From: Armatimonadota bacterium
Lineage (GTDB): Bacteria > Armatimonadota > UBA5829
NCBI GenBank assembly: GCA_052035525.1
Contig: JBPOHN010000012.1
Span: 16,489-80,488 of the forward strand
Reading direction: 5' to 3'
DNA: 64,000 nt
This document shows positions 29,326 to 39,970 of this stretch, piece by piece. The stretch's first letter is position 1. Every line of letters starts with the position of its first letter. The translations under genes were made by a program, and so were the position numbers. Below the pieces are notes generated by a model. It searched no databases. It had not been told where the DNA came from and saw only the letters and a list, made by a program, of their open reading frames with translations.

Positions 29326-31417
29326 CGTTTACCTTCACCAGTCCAACAGAGTCTACCGAGATACTCGCGTCAACCTCGTTATAGGAAAGCACAGCCAGCA
29401 TCGGGAATGAGTGCTCGGTAAGGCGCTTGAAGTGCGGTCTTATGCGCGCCGAGCACAGGCAGACGGGTGTCTTGCCCATATCGGCGAGCTTTTCGACTGC
29501 CGGTTTCGTTGCCTCGAGCACCTGCGTTACCACGGCAGGCTCCAGAATCAGGCGCGAGCCTATCTCCGTTTGCCGGATACAGTCCGTGAGCATCTGCTCC
29601 AGCGATGGATGCAGCGTGAACACGGTCAAGGTGTTTTCGCTGCCCGTATACTGCCTGCAGATGCTGCGGGACAGCCGCTGCCTTACGTATTCGGTCAATA
29701 CATCGATGTCCTTGGTGAGCTTGGCGTAATCGGCAAGGGTCTCCAGGATCGAAGTCAGGTCTCGGATGGAAACGCGCTCGACCAGCAGATTCTGGAGCAC
29801 GCTCTGCACCTCTCCCACGCCGAGAACGTTGGGTACCAGTTCGTCCACCACAGCCGGTGACGACTCCCTCACCGCGTCGAGCAGTGCCTGAGTGTCCTGA
29901 CGCGAGAGTATGTCTCCAGCGTGTTTGCGGATGACCTCGGTCAGATGTGTGATCAGCACCGTCATTGGATCGACAACAGCATAGCCTGCCACATCGGCCT
30001 CGAAGCGCCCGGCCTCCGTGATCCACGTTGCCGGCATACCGAAGGCCGGCTCGGTGGTGTGCATGCCGTGGATTGGTTCGGTGACGGTGCCGGGGTTCAT
30101 AGCAAGAAGCTGGCCCGGATAAACCTCTCCGCGAGCTATCTCAACGCCCCGAAGCTTTATCGAGTACTCATTGGGGCCAAGCTGGACATTGTCGCGGACG
30201 CGGATGGCCGGAACGAGCAGCCCCATCTCCACAGCGGCCTGACGGCGGACCATCGTGATCCTTTCGAGCAGCTCGCCGCCCTGCTTGGGATCGGCGAGCG
30301 GCACCAGGGCATACCCGATCTCCAACTCGAGCGTGTCTACGCCTATCAGATCAGTCATGTTCTCCGGAGGCTTAGGAAGCGCGGATGTCTCAACGGCGGC
30401 AGCCGCAGCGGAACGCTCGGCCTCTTTCACGTTTTGCGCAAGGAAGAAGGCCACCAGCCCTGCAAGTGCAGCTACCAGCATGAACGGCAGCTTCGGAATG
30501 CCAGGGACTATTGCGAGAATGGCGAAGATGCAAGCGGTAATCGCAACCGCCTTAGGCTGCGAGAACACCTGCGAGGCCAGGTCCCAGCCGAGGCTGTGCT
30601 CGGTGGCGGACTTGGTCACCATAAGGCCGGTTGCGGTCGATACGATAAGGGCAGGAATCTGTGTAACAAGGCCTTCACCCACGGTCAGCAGCGTGTAGGT
30701 CTGCAGTACGCCAACTACATCGAGGCTGCCGCCGGCCCTCATCATCCCGACGCCGAACCCACCGAGTATGTTGACTATGACCATTATGATAGCCGCGATG
30801 GCGTCTCCACGCACGAACTTGCTTGCACCGTCCATCGCGCCGTAGAAGTCGGCCTCGCGCGCAATCTTGACACGGCGCTGCTGGGCTTCGTTCTCGTCAA
30901 TGATGCCTGCGTTGAGGTCAGCATCAATTGCCATCTGCTTGCCCGGCATGGCGTCCAGCGTGAACCTTGCCGCAACTTCGGCCACCCTGCCCGCGCCGTT
31001 CGTAATGACCACGAACTGCACGATGATCAGCAAGATGAACACGACAACCCCAACGATGTAGTTGCCTCCAACAACCACATGTCCGAACGCCGAAATCACC
31101 GACCCGGCACTGCCCTGCAGGAGGATGAGCCTGGTGGCTGATATGTTGAGGCCGAGCCGGAACAGGGTGAGCAGCAGAAGAAGCGAGGGGAATGACGAAA
31201 AAGCCAAGGCCTCCTGGCTGTAGACCGTCACCAGGAGGACGATGAGTGCAAGCGTGATGTTCAGACACAGCAACCCGTCCAGAAGCCACTCGGGCAGCGG
31301 GAGGATCATCATGCCGACGATCACCACCGCCGCGCCAGCGATCATCACATCACTGTAACGGGTGAATGCTCCCAGCCCACCAAGGCTCTCTTTTGATCGA
31401 TTTAGCGTAACCGCCAT
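29315..31417 (-). CDS. flhA: flagellar export apparatus protein FlhA
   Basis: 700 aa; conserved TM region and FlhA cytoplasmic domain. Confidence 0.95.
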   Translation of the reverse strand: MAVTLNRSKESLGGLGAFTRYSDVMIAGAAVVIVGMMILPLPEWLLDGLLCLNITLALIVLLVTVYSQEALAFSSFPSLLLLLTLFRLGLNISATRLILLQGSAGSVISAFGHVVVGGNYIVGVVVFILLIIVQFVVITNGAGRVAEVAARFTLDAMPGKQMAIDADLNAGIIDENEAQQRRVKIAREADFYGAMDGASKFVRGDAIAAIIMVIVNILGGFGVGMMRAGGSLDVVGVLQTYTLLTVGEGLVTQIPALIVSTATGLMVTKSATEHSLGWDLASQVFSQPKAVAITACIFAILAIVPGIPKLPFMLVAALAGLVAFFLAQNVKEAERSAAAAAVETSALPKPPENMTDLIGVDTLELEIGYALVPLADPKQGGELLERITMVRRQAAVEMGLLVPAIRVRDNVQLGPNEYSIKLRGVEIARGEVYPGQLLAMNPGTVTEPIHGMHTTEPAFGMPATWITEAGRFEADVAGYAVVDPMTVLITHLTEVIRKHAGDILSRQDTQALLDAVRESSPAVVDELVPNVLGVGEVQSVLQNLLVERVSIRDLTSILETLADYAKLTKDIDVLTEYVRQRLSRSICRQYTGSENTLTVFTLHPSLEQMLTDCIRQTEIGSRLILEPAVVTQVLEATKPAVEKLADMGKTPVCLCSARIRPHFKRLTEHSFPMLAVLSYNEVDASISVDSVGLVKVNDAD

Positions 31418-31424
31418 CTACGAG

Positions 31425-32495
31425 CTATCCTGCTTGTGCTGCGTACTTGCTCTTGAGCCGGTATACATAGGCGAGAATCTCGGCTACTGCCTGATAAAGG
31501 ACAGCCGGGACCTCATCGCCGATTTCTACAGATTTGTAGAGCGCCCGGGCCAACTCCACGTTCTCCACCATCGGAACCTTGTGCTCAGCGGCGATCTCCT
31601 TGATCCTCTGAGCAATCAGGTTCTTTCCTTTGGCCACAACTACCGGCGCGGACGATTCGTCAGCATCGTATTTCAGCGCAACAGCGAAGTGAGTCGGGTT
31701 TGTAACCACCACGTCGGCAGTCGGGATCGACTGCATCATCCGGTTCATCGCCATTCTGCGCTGGCGCTGCCTGATCTTCGATTTGACAAGTGGGTCTCCT
31801 TCCGACCGCTTGTAGTCTTCCTTGACTTCCTCTTTGGTCATCCGTAGCTGCTTTTCGTTCTGATGACGCTGGAAAGCGTAATCGATGGCAGCTATGATCA
31901 AGAGCGCCATTGCGGCCTTGAACAGGAGCCGGTAGATCAGGCCTGCCATTCCGGAAGCTATCACCCGCGGGTCACAGCCTATCAGCCCGACGATGGTTGG
32001 ATACTCGGCCTTAACGAAAATGAAGACGATATATCCAACCAGGCAGATCTTCGCAAGCGCTTTTGCAAGCTCGACGGCTGATCTGGTCGAGAACATCCGG
32101 GCGATCCCGGTAATTGGGTTCAGCCTTGACGCCTGAGGCACCAAGGGCTCTCCGGATAACACCAGCCCCACCTGCGCCGCGTTCGCCACGAATCCGGCCA
32201 GGAAGACCGCGGCAAACAGTGGCCCGAGGACCACGGCCATGTCCAGCAATATCTGTACCAGGTTTGTCTGCACGGCTGCGGTGGTAAGGTCGGTCTTGGG
32301 GAAGCTGGAGAGATAACGACTTGTGAGTGAGCCCATGCGCTCGAGCATGTAAGGGCCGGCGAACCTGATCGTCAACAGGGAGACCAGCAGGACGATCGCC
32401 GAATTCGCTTCCGCGCTTCTGGCTACCTGGCCGCGCTGCCGCGCTTCACGCCTGCGCCGGGGGGTCGCCGGCTCGGTCTTGTCCTGCAGAGGCAT
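31425..32495 (-). CDS. flhB: flagellar export apparatus protein FlhB
   Basis: NPTH autocleavage motif (VVTNPTHFAVAL). Confidence 0.95.
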   Translation of the reverse strand: MPLQDKTEPATPRRRREARQRGQVARSAEANSAIVLLVSLLTIRFAGPYMLERMGSLTSRYLSSFPKTDLTTAAVQTNLVQILLDMAVVLGPLFAAVFLAGFVANAAQVGLVLSGEPLVPQASRLNPITGIARMFSTRSAVELAKALAKICLVGYIVFIFVKAEYPTIVGLIGCDPRVIASGMAGLIYRLLFKAAMALLIIAAIDYAFQRHQNEKQLRMTKEEVKEDYKRSEGDPLVKSKIRQRQRRMAMNRMMQSIPTADVVVTNPTHFAVALKYDADESSAPVVVAKGKNLIAQRIKEIAAEHKVPMVENVELARALYKSVEIGDEVPAVLYQAVAEILAYVYRLKSKYAAQAG

Positions 32496-32500
32496 CTAGA

Positions 32501-33280
32501 TCACCTTACCAGCGCCTGGCTTATTACGTGGATGTCGCTGCGGAGGCCGCCGAAAAGGCCGTGCATTACCACGATCACGGCCGGCATCGCCACGATCATC
32601 GTCGCAAGCCCCACGAAAATCTTGGCAGGAAAACCAACGACCAGCACGTTGAGCTGAGGAACTGTACGGGCAAGAATCCCCAAAGCGACGTCGGTGAGGA
32701 GAATGACCCCAATAATCGGCCCGCCTATCTTGATGGCGGCAACGAACATCTGGTTGAACATCAACACGATGTTTCCAGTCGCGCCCGGGTTGAACGTCAT
32801 CTGTCCGAGCGGAACGACGCTGAAGCTGTCGGCAAGCCCCTGCAGGAGCAGGTGATGGGCGTTGACGCAAAGGAAGATGAGCGTTGCTACAATGTGATAG
32901 AACTGCCCGACTACCGAGGCGTGCTGGTTGTTCGGGTCCACCAGACTGGCGAACCCCAGACCCATCTGCAGGTCGATTAGCTCCGCGGCGCTCTGGATGA
33001 CCATGAAAAGCAGCATTCCGACGAATCCTATTGCAAGCCCTACTGCCGTCTCCCTGACGATGGCGAACGTCAGGCCGATGATATCGGTCGGCGGTGCTGC
33101 GTAGCCCGCGGAAACGAGTGGCGTGAAGATGAATGCCAGGCAGGCGGCAAAACCGACGCGCGTATGGATGGGCACGTGTATGTTGCCGAATACCGGCGCG
33201 ACCGAGAAGATGCCCGTAGTCCTGCAGAAGACAAGCAGCCAGGTAATGATCTGCTCGATGCCAAAGTTCAGCACGTTCAC
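32501..33280 (-). CDS. fliR: flagellar export apparatus protein FliR
   Basis: polytopic membrane protein, FliR family. Confidence 0.9.
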   Translation of the reverse strand: MNVLNFGIEQIITWLLVFCRTTGIFSVAPVFGNIHVPIHTRVGFAACLAFIFTPLVSAGYAAPPTDIIGLTFAIVRETAVGLAIGFVGMLLFMVIQSAAELIDLQMGLGFASLVDPNNQHASVVGQFYHIVATLIFLCVNAHHLLLQGLADSFSVVPLGQMTFNPGATGNIVLMFNQMFVAAIKIGGPIIGVILLTDVALGILARTVPQLNVLVVGFPAKIFVGLATMIVAMPAVIVVMHGLFGGLRSDIHVISQALVR

Positions 33281-33281
33281 G

Positions 33282-33551
33282 TCATCTCACCATGTCGGGC
33301 AGGTTGGTAAGGAGCTTCGTAGTGAAGTTGACGAGGCTGGTGAGCATCCACGGCCCGAAAACGACGACCGAGGCGATGATCGCAAGGATCTTGGGCACGA
33401 AGGTGAGCGTCATCTCCTGAATCTGAGTCGCAGCCTGAAAGATGCTGACGATCAGACCCACGATCAGGCCTATCCCCAGGATCGGGGAAGCAACCATCAC
33501 GGCCACCATCAATGCTCGCTGAGCGAGATCAAGAACACCTGCGTCGGTCAT
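33282..33551 (-). CDS. fliQ: flagellar export apparatus protein FliQ
   Basis: start at MTDAGVLDLAQRAL; 89 aa two-TM FliQ. Confidence 0.85.
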   Translation of the reverse strand: MTDAGVLDLAQRALMVAVMVASPILGIGLIVGLIVSIFQAATQIQEMTLTFVPKILAIIASVVVFGPWMLTSLVNFTTKLLTNLPDMVR

Positions 33552-33564
33552 CTTATGCGGACTC

Positions 33565-34320
33565 CTAGTGGAAACTGAGCGCCAGAGCGCGTACAATCAG
33601 ATGCCAGCCGTCTACAAGCACAAACAGCAGTATCTTGCACGGCAGGGATATCATCATCGGTGGGAGCATCATCATACCCATGCTCATCAGCGTCACCGAG
33701 ACGACCATGTCGATAATCAGAAACGGGATGTAGATCAGGAAACCGATCGTGAAGGCGGTTTTCAGCTCGCTGGTGAGGAACGCGGGCACGAGAACATGGG
33801 TCGCTACCTGACCGGGGTTCTTGGGTCTCGGTCCCTTGGACAGCTTCACGAAGAGCGCTATGTCGTTCTCGCGGGTCTGCTTCAGCATAAACTGCCGAAG
33901 GGGCGAGAGCGCTTTCTGCGTCGCCTCATCGAACGTGATGGTCCTCTGCATGTACGGCTGCAGGGCCTCGTGGTTGATCCTGGACCACGTGGGGGCCATA
34001 GTAAAGAACGTCAAGAATAGGGCTAACCCCAGCAGCACCGAGTTCGGCGGCACCTGCTGAGCCCCCAACGCGCTGCGGGTGAACGAGAGCACGATCACGA
34101 TCCTCGTGAACGAGGTTAGCATGATGAGCAGGGCCGGCGCGATCGAGAGGATCGTCAGGATGATCAGTATCTGCAGCCCGCTCGAAACTTCCTGCGGCGT
34201 GCTCGCCTGATCGAGCCCGACCGTCACCTTGGGCAGCAGCGTCTGCGACCAGGACGCGCTTGCAAGAGACAGCAGGAGCACCATTGCCGATACCAATAGT
34301 GTGGTTGCTCTAGGCCTCAT
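33565..34320 (-). CDS. fliP: flagellar export apparatus protein FliP
   Basis: signal peptide + FliP signature ([30 protein letters not shown]). Confidence 0.95.
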   Translation of the reverse strand: MRPRATTLLVSAMVLLLSLASASWSQTLLPKVTVGLDQASTPQEVSSGLQILIILTILSIAPALLIMLTSFTRIVIVLSFTRSALGAQQVPPNSVLLGLALFLTFFTMAPTWSRINHEALQPYMQRTITFDEATQKALSPLRQFMLKQTRENDIALFVKLSKGPRPKNPGQVATHVLVPAFLTSELKTAFTIGFLIYIPFLIIDMVVSVTLMSMGMMMLPPMMISLPCKILLFVLVDGWHLIVRALALSFH

Positions 34321-35272
34321 TTGCCTCCGCCTTGGAACGCATCGATCTGGTAGCTGTGCTCTTCTTCTGCAGGAACGCCGCTCCGTCGCGAAGCGCGTCG
34401 CTTAAGCGGGATGCAGCCTCCGCGCGCTCCTCGGCAGAACTGGCGCTTTGCAGGATGCCGGCAAAATCGTCAGCAGTGGCAGGGTCGGTCTCCTCACCGT
34501 CTGAGCTGTTCAGCTCGGCCACGAGGCTGATCTGGGTAGGTGTGGAACCGACCAGTAGGAACTTGCCGCCCGCTTGGACGATGTGCAGCGCCCTGTTGGG
34601 CCCCAGTCCTGCCGTCTCTATGATATTGATGCTGCGTTGCGGCGACTTGCGGGTCAGCTTGCTGGAGCTGAAGTGCTTGAGTGCGTACAGGGAAAGGACC
34701 GCAAGGGCCACGACGAACACAAGTGCTCCGACAACCCTCAGCAGTGACGCGGCAACCGATGGCTCGGTCTTCTTCGACGGGCTCTCGGGCGTGCTGTAGT
34801 ACTTCGACAGATATCCGTCAGCCTCAGGCTCCGCTTTAGCCTCGGGCTTGGGATCAGCAGCCGGACTATCCGCGGGTTCGGCGCGACCGGAGGCGGCATT
34901 CCGCTTTGTGGTAGCGACAGCGGGCTTCTCATCCTGAGCCTCTGCCTCATCGCGGGATTCCTCGGCCTGAACAACGTCCGGCTCAACTGACACCTCAGGC
35001 TCCGCGGAGCGCGTGGACTCCGTGCGCCGTGTTGAGGAGACCTCGTCCGGCGTGCCGCTGACTCTCACGCGCTCCCCGGCCCTGATCGTGTTTATGTCCA
35101 GTCCCGGGTTGAGCCTGGCGAACTCGGTGTAGGTCAGGCGGTACCGCGTGCAGATGGCAGAGGCGGTGTCGCCCGGTTTTACGACGTAGTCGCCCGAACG
35201 CCGCCGCGCGCCGAGCGCGGGGTTTGCGACCAGGATGAGCAGTAGCAAAATGGTAAGCTTGTAGACTTTCAT
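34310..35272 (-). CDS. fliO: FliO fused to N-terminal LysM domain
   Basis: signal peptide, LysM ([43 protein letters not shown]), low-complexity linker, TM helix, FliO core ([37 protein letters not shown]). Confidence 0.75.
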   Translation of the reverse strand: MKVYKLTILLLLILVANPALGARRRSGDYVVKPGDTASAICTRYRLTYTEFARLNPGLDINTIRAGERVRVSGTPDEVSSTRRTESTRSAEPEVSVEPDVVQAEESRDEAEAQDEKPAVATTKRNAASGRAEPADSPAADPKPEAKAEPEADGYLSKYYSTPESPSKKTEPSVAASLLRVVGALVFVVALAVLSLYALKHFSSSKLTRKSPQRSINIIETAGLGPNRALHIVQAGGKFLLVGSTPTQISLVAELNSSDGEETDPATADDFAGILQSASSAEERAEAASRLSDALRDGAAFLQKKSTATRSMRSKAEANEA

Positions 35273-35742
35273 CCTAGGCTAGCGATCCTTTCGGTCGGGG
35301 TGACGATCTCGGTGACTCGCACACCGAAGCACTCGTCAATCACGACCACCTCGCCCCGGGCGAAAGGACGGTTGTTCACCAGGACGTCCACCGGCTCGCC
35401 CGCGAGCTTTTGGAGCTCTACTACGGATCCGGGGCCGAGTTCCAGCACGTCGCGTACCTGCATATTCGCCCGGCCGAGCTCTACGGTTGCCTGGACCTCT
35501 ACGTTAAGGATCAGGTCCAGCGGGTTGCTGTGTTTGACGTCCTGCGAGCCCGAGATCGGCGCAAACTGCACCTGCTGCACGGCGGGCGCGTTCGAAAACA
35601 CCTGAACGTTCTCCTCCTGCGCCGGCGGCGTTGGCTGGGATTGCTGCTGCGCAGCAACCTGCTCCTGGACGTTCTTGAGCATCTCCGCCTGCAGATCGTT
35701 CTCAGGCTCAACAGGCTCTGGGGCCGGATTCGATTTTGCCAT
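35269..35742 (-). CDS. fliN: flagellar motor switch protein FliN
   Basis: start MAKSNPAPE with AGGAGG RBS; C-terminal SpoA domain. Confidence 0.9.
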   Translation of the reverse strand: MAKSNPAPEPVEPENDLQAEMLKNVQEQVAAQQQSQPTPPAQEENVQVFSNAPAVQQVQFAPISGSQDVKHSNPLDLILNVEVQATVELGRANMQVRDVLELGPGSVVELQKLAGEPVDVLVNNRPFARGEVVVIDECFGVRVTEIVTPTERIASLG

Positions 35743-35799
35743 TTTGCTCTTCCTCCTACTGCTTCCCTCACCGAGAGCGGACTCGGCTGGCATCAGTGC

Positions 35800-36255
35800 T
35801 CATTGCATTGCGAAATCGCTGAAGAAGACGTTGGTGACCCTCTCTTCGCCAAGACTCTCGTTGACCGTCTTCTTGATGCTCTCCTTGAGGGCGGTCTTGC
35901 CTTCGGGTGTAAGCAGTTCCCCGAAAGTCCTGGCCGATAGCACGGCGATTACGGCGTCGCGGATCTTCGGAGACGCTTCCTCCGCACCTCCGCCGTGACC
36001 GTGGCCCCCGCCGCCAGTGCCCTTGACCTCAAGCACGATCTTGGTTTTGAGGTAGTGCGGTTCTTTGCTGTCGGCAAGATTGACCACCATCTCACCCATT
36101 TGCATCGTTGTAGTAGGCTCAGGGCCGTGGCTTGCCTTGCCCTGCTTGTTGACCCCGAACTTCATGAACGCTACACCGCCCACTGCTCCAAGCAAGAGCA
36201 TGACGATGATGATCACGATAAGTGATTTGCCTCTCCTCGATCTCCAAATGTGCAT
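35800..36255 (-). CDS. fliL: flagellar basal body-associated protein FliL
   Basis: single TM then FliL family periplasmic domain. Confidence 0.8.
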   Translation of the reverse strand: MHIWRSRRGKSLIVIIIVMLLLGAVGGVAFMKFGVNKQGKASHGPEPTTTMQMGEMVVNLADSKEPHYLKTKIVLEVKGTGGGGHGHGGGAEEASPKIRDAVIAVLSARTFGELLTPEGKTALKESIKKTVNESLGEERVTNVFFSDFAMQ

Positions 36256-36258
36256 TCT

Positions 36259-37008
36259 CTACTCCTGTGTTCCATTGAGAATTACAAAGTCAACGCGCCT
36301 GTTCCGGCGCCTGTCTTGGTTCGTTTGATTGGGCCGCACGGGCCTCGTGTCGGCGTATCCTACGGCCGAAAGCCGGGCGGCTGGGATGCGCTCCTTCTCG
36401 ATCAGGTATCTGACCACGTTAGTGGCCCGCATTGTAGACAGCTCCCAGTTGCTCGCAAAGAGGGCAGACTTCGTGGGCAGATCGCACGTATGGCCTTCCA
36501 CCCTGACCTCATTAGTCATCGAACGCACCAGGCCGGCGATTCTGGCCATCACCGGATAGGCTTCCGGCTTGATGTCGGCTCTGCCGGGCTCGAACACCAC
36601 CTTGTCCGACATAAGGCTAACGACCAGCCCCCTCTTGTCGATGTAGAGCTTCATAGTCTTCTTGGCGGCCGGCGATTGGTTGATGTAGTCGTGCATCGGC
36701 TTGATCACCTGCCACGCTACGCCTGTTGTGTCTCCCTCCAGCGCGGACGGCTTGAAACTGATCTGGCCGTCCGTGAAGAGAACGGCGTTGCTCTGGCCGG
36801 CCATTATGCCGCTGAAACCGCTACGGATGGCGATGGCCACGTCGTTGAACTTCTCCAGATTGATCACAGACATCGAGTACATCATTATGAAGAAGGCCAT
36901 GAGCAGCGTGATCATGTCCGCATATGTGAGCAGCCAGCGCAGGGATCCCCCGCCGTCATGGCCGCCGCCACCGCCACTTTCGCTGCTGCTCAGGCGCTTT
37001 TTCCTCAT
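36259..37008 (-). CDS. motB: flagellar stator protein MotB (OmpA-like)
   Basis: TM with conserved Asp (YADMITLLMAFF), OmpA-like C-domain. Confidence 0.9.
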   Translation of the reverse strand: MRKKRLSSSESGGGGGHDGGGSLRWLLTYADMITLLMAFFIMMYSMSVINLEKFNDVAIAIRSGFSGIMAGQSNAVLFTDGQISFKPSALEGDTTGVAWQVIKPMHDYINQSPAAKKTMKLYIDKRGLVVSLMSDKVVFEPGRADIKPEAYPVMARIAGLVRSMTNEVRVEGHTCDLPTKSALFASNWELSTMRATNVVRYLIEKERIPAARLSAVGYADTRPVRPNQTNQDRRRNRRVDFVILNGTQE

Positions 37009-37805
37009 GCCGCTCTGCGCAACTCCCTCTTATCGGATTCCGCTGCAGTCTTCTCGCGAAGCTTGGGCGGCAAGAAAGCAGTCATCTTCATCTCAACTAT
37101 TCTTGGCGTCTCTCCCGCCTGAATTGAGAGCACTCCCTCCACGATCATTTCGTAGGTGACGACCTCATCCGTCGTCTTGGACTTCAGTTTGCTGCCGATG
37201 GGCAGGAACAGCAGATTGGCGAGCGCGACGCCGTAGAGCGTAGCTATGAACGCAGCGGCGATTGCCGGCCCCATCTTGCCAGGCTCGCTCAAACGGGCAA
37301 GCATGTTAATGAGCCCCATGACGGTTCCGATGATGCCAAGCGTGGGCGCGAATCCTCCCGCTGTGGCGAACACCGTTTCGCCCGCCTTGTGCCTCTCCTG
37401 CATGGCCACGATCTCCGTCTCGAGGACTTCTCGAACAAGCTCCGAAGGCGTACCGTCGATAACAAGCTGCATGCCCTTCCTAAGGAACTTGTCCTCTATC
37501 CTGCTGCATTCAGGTTCCAGCGCAAGGATGCCGTCTTTGCGGGCCTTCCTTGCGAAATCGACAACGGTCTGCGTAACCTCGCGCATATCCGTGGTTCGAC
37601 CGAAGAGAGCCTGCCTGAGAACCTTTGGCACAGCAAGGATCTGCTCCAGGGAGACGCTTACTATGGTCGCTCCAGCCGTACCGCCGAACACGAGAACGAA
37701 CGCCGACATGTTGAACAACTCGCCCGGCTTGCCACCCTCTATCAAGAGCGCCGCGAACAGGGCGCCCCAGGCGAGGATCAAACCTATGATGGTTGCGAGG
37801 TCCAT
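37005..37805 (-). CDS. motA: flagellar stator protein MotA
   Basis: start MDLATIIG; four TM and MotA cytoplasmic loop. Confidence 0.9.
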   Translation of the reverse strand: MDLATIIGLILAWGALFAALLIEGGKPGELFNMSAFVLVFGGTAGATIVSVSLEQILAVPKVLRQALFGRTTDMREVTQTVVDFARKARKDGILALEPECSRIEDKFLRKGMQLVIDGTPSELVREVLETEIVAMQERHKAGETVFATAGGFAPTLGIIGTVMGLINMLARLSEPGKMGPAIAAAFIATLYGVALANLLFLPIGSKLKSKTTDEVVTYEMIVEGVLSIQAGETPRIVEMKMTAFLPPKLREKTAAESDKRELRRAA

Positions 37806-37807
37806 GA

Positions 37808-38041
37808 CTAGTTCCCCCTGAACCGCCGGTAGGTTTTGCAATCCACCTTTCGGATCAGTGGCTGCGACAGCAGACGCTTGTACGCGACAACGCAGTCGAC
37901 AACCTCGTCGACTGTCTCCTTCACCATCACCTTCTTGCCGTCCGTCAGCGAAATGAGCGTGTCTGGAGTGCCCTCCACAAACTCGATCAGATCAGCATTA
38001 AGGACGATCCGCTTGTTATCGAACAGAGTCAGTGTTATCAA
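37808..38041 (-). CDS. flbD: flagellar protein FlbD
   Basis: 77 aa, LNADLIEFVEGTPDTLISLTDGKKVMVKETVDEVV; apparent TTG start. Confidence 0.85.
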   Translation of the reverse strand: MITLTLFDNKRIVLNADLIEFVEGTPDTLISLTDGKKVMVKETVDEVVDCVVAYKRLLSQPLIRKVDCKTYRRFRGN

Positions 38042-38066
38042 GCACGGACCTCCAGTCAGCGGGATA

Positions 38067-38088
38067 GGCCGGAGTCCAGTCTCCGGCC
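38067..38088 (-). other. intra-operon hairpin after flgE (GGCCGGAG-tccagt-CTCCGGCC)
   Basis: 8-bp GC-rich stem, no U-tract. Confidence 0.45.
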
Positions 38089-38166
38089 CGCACCGCTAGT
38101 TCATCTCGTCAGTATCTAATCTGGGCGTATTCAGGATCTACCGAAGCAGTATCCGAAACCACTGCG

Positions 38167-39435
38167 CTATCGCTTCAAACTCACCAGTTCCTGAATGACT
38201 TCGTCGGAAGTGGTGATGGTCCGGGCGTTCGCCTGGAAACCGCGCTGCGCGATTATCATGTTGGCGAACTCGTTAGACAAGTCTACGTTGGATGCTTCAA
38301 GGAATCCCGAGGCCAGCACTCCGTTGCCGCTAGTGCCCGGAGGGGCAACCTGCGGAATACCGGAGTTGGGACCCTGACTCAACATGTTGGAGCCGGCTCT
38401 CACAAGCCCTGCCGGGTTGCTAAAGACCGCCATAGCGATCTGGCCGAGAATCTGCTTGTTGCCGTTGCCAAAAATGCCGGTGACAATCCCGTCTCTGCCG
38501 ATGTCGAATGCCTCAAGGGTTCCGACGCTCAATCCGTCCTGGTAGTACTCTGAAACCGAGGACCCGTCGTCACCGGAGAGCTGAGTCATATCCGAGAACG
38601 AAAGAGTGAAATTGATGGGATTGTCCGCCCCGTTCGGGACGTCCAGAGGCATGGATACGGACACTGGCTCAGTCGTGCAGTAGCCGTGTTCGTTGAAGCT
38701 CACTGTACCCGACGCAATTGGCCCGGGCGGTATGGGCGGATCGGCGGACGGGTCTGCTCCGGTGGAGTCAGGGCTCCATATCTCATAGGTCCACACGTTC
38801 GGGGTGGTACCCTTGGTGAAAACGATCTCCATGGTATGCTTGATACCAAGAGAATCGTAGATGTAGGCATCGGGCCGTACCTGCGTACCAGCGGGAACGT
38901 CCGCGTCCAAGTTCTTGCCCATCTTGACTATCGAAGTCTGGCGAGCGTTGGACATGTTCCCGATGGGGATCTTGATCCCAGAGGACGCGCTGGGCGTAGC
39001 GCTCGTGATCAGGTTGCCGTTCGCATCCGGCACCCAGCCAAGCACTTTGTAGCCCGATGTGGCAGACACGAGATTGTAGTCTCCGTCCAGGCTGAATGCG
39101 CCATCGCGGGAGTATAATATGCTCTGCCCGTTGCCGAACATCAGGTAGCCACCACCCTGTACGGCGCAGTCCGTGGATTTGCCTGTCGACTGCAGGGAAC
39201 CCTGGGATGTGTCGGCATCAATGGCGCCTACAGTTACGCCCAGACCTACCTGTAGTGGGTTCGTGCCGCCGGAGCCCGCAGAGGGACCGGTGCCTGCATT
39301 CCAGGTCTGGCTCATCATCTCCTGGAAGGACACGCGGCTTGACTTGAAGCCGATCGTGTTGAGGTTAGCTATGTTGTTGCCTATAACGTCGAGCTGGGAC
39401 TTGAAAGCCCGTAGGCCCGATACGCCGCTATACAT
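38167..39435 (-). CDS. flgE: flagellar hook protein FlgE
   Basis: start MYSGVSGL; rod/hook N and C domains. Confidence 0.9.
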   Translation of the reverse strand: MYSGVSGLRAFKSQLDVIGNNIANLNTIGFKSSRVSFQEMMSQTWNAGTGPSAGSGGTNPLQVGLGVTVGAIDADTSQGSLQSTGKSTDCAVQGGGYLMFGNGQSILYSRDGAFSLDGDYNLVSATSGYKVLGWVPDANGNLITSATPSASSGIKIPIGNMSNARQTSIVKMGKNLDADVPAGTQVRPDAYIYDSLGIKHTMEIVFTKGTTPNVWTYEIWSPDSTGADPSADPPIPPGPIASGTVSFNEHGYCTTEPVSVSMPLDVPNGADNPINFTLSFSDMTQLSGDDGSSVSEYYQDGLSVGTLEAFDIGRDGIVTGIFGNGNKQILGQIAMAVFSNPAGLVRAGSNMLSQGPNSGIPQVAPPGTSGNGVLASGFLEASNVDLSNEFANMIIAQRGFQANARTITTSDEVIQELVSLKR

Positions 39436-39552
39436 TGCTTGGATCACTTTCGTTGACCTCCGTGCTGTCTCGATTCGGATCGATTGCGCCGCTTCAGTCG
39501 GTCCACGGCGCCGCACTTCCTCTCTGTGAGGTCCAGTGCGTTTGCTTGGTCG

Positions 39553-39918
39553 CTAGACGATTATCGCGCTGTCGATGTTGGTGAACGCGCCGTTCTGCGC
39601 TCTGTTGCCGTCGACAGCGGTTATCACCGTTCGGTTTCTGACGCTCACCACCAGCGCGAGCGAATCCATCAGAACAAGGGACCTGTCAGCCCCTTTCTCG
39701 CCCATCTGGTCAACGGCCCGGCCGAGCCGTGCCTTGTCAGCTTCGGACAACCGCACGTTGCTCTGTTCCAGACGCTTCTCGGCATGCGCAGACAACTTGA
39801 CGGGGCTGCTCTTGGAAAGCTCCTCGTTAAGAGCTGACCTGAACCGGTCGCTGCGCGCTGCAGGCCTGTTCGGTTGAGTTCCCGTGGTTGCTATTCTGCC
39901 TATTTGTGATGGCGCCAT
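39553..39918 (-). CDS. flagellar operon protein (TIGR02530 flg_new family)
   Basis: 121 aa between flgD and flgE, strong GAGGAGG RBS. Confidence 0.6.
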   Translation of the reverse strand: MAPSQIGRIATTGTQPNRPAARSDRFRSALNEELSKSSPVKLSAHAEKRLEQSNVRLSEADKARLGRAVDQMGEKGADRSLVLMDSLALVVSVRNRTVITAVDGNRAQNGAFTNIDSAIIV

Positions 39919-39970
39919 ATCCGCCTCACCTCCTCTCTTGATCCGGACTCACTAATGGAGCCGGCGCTAT

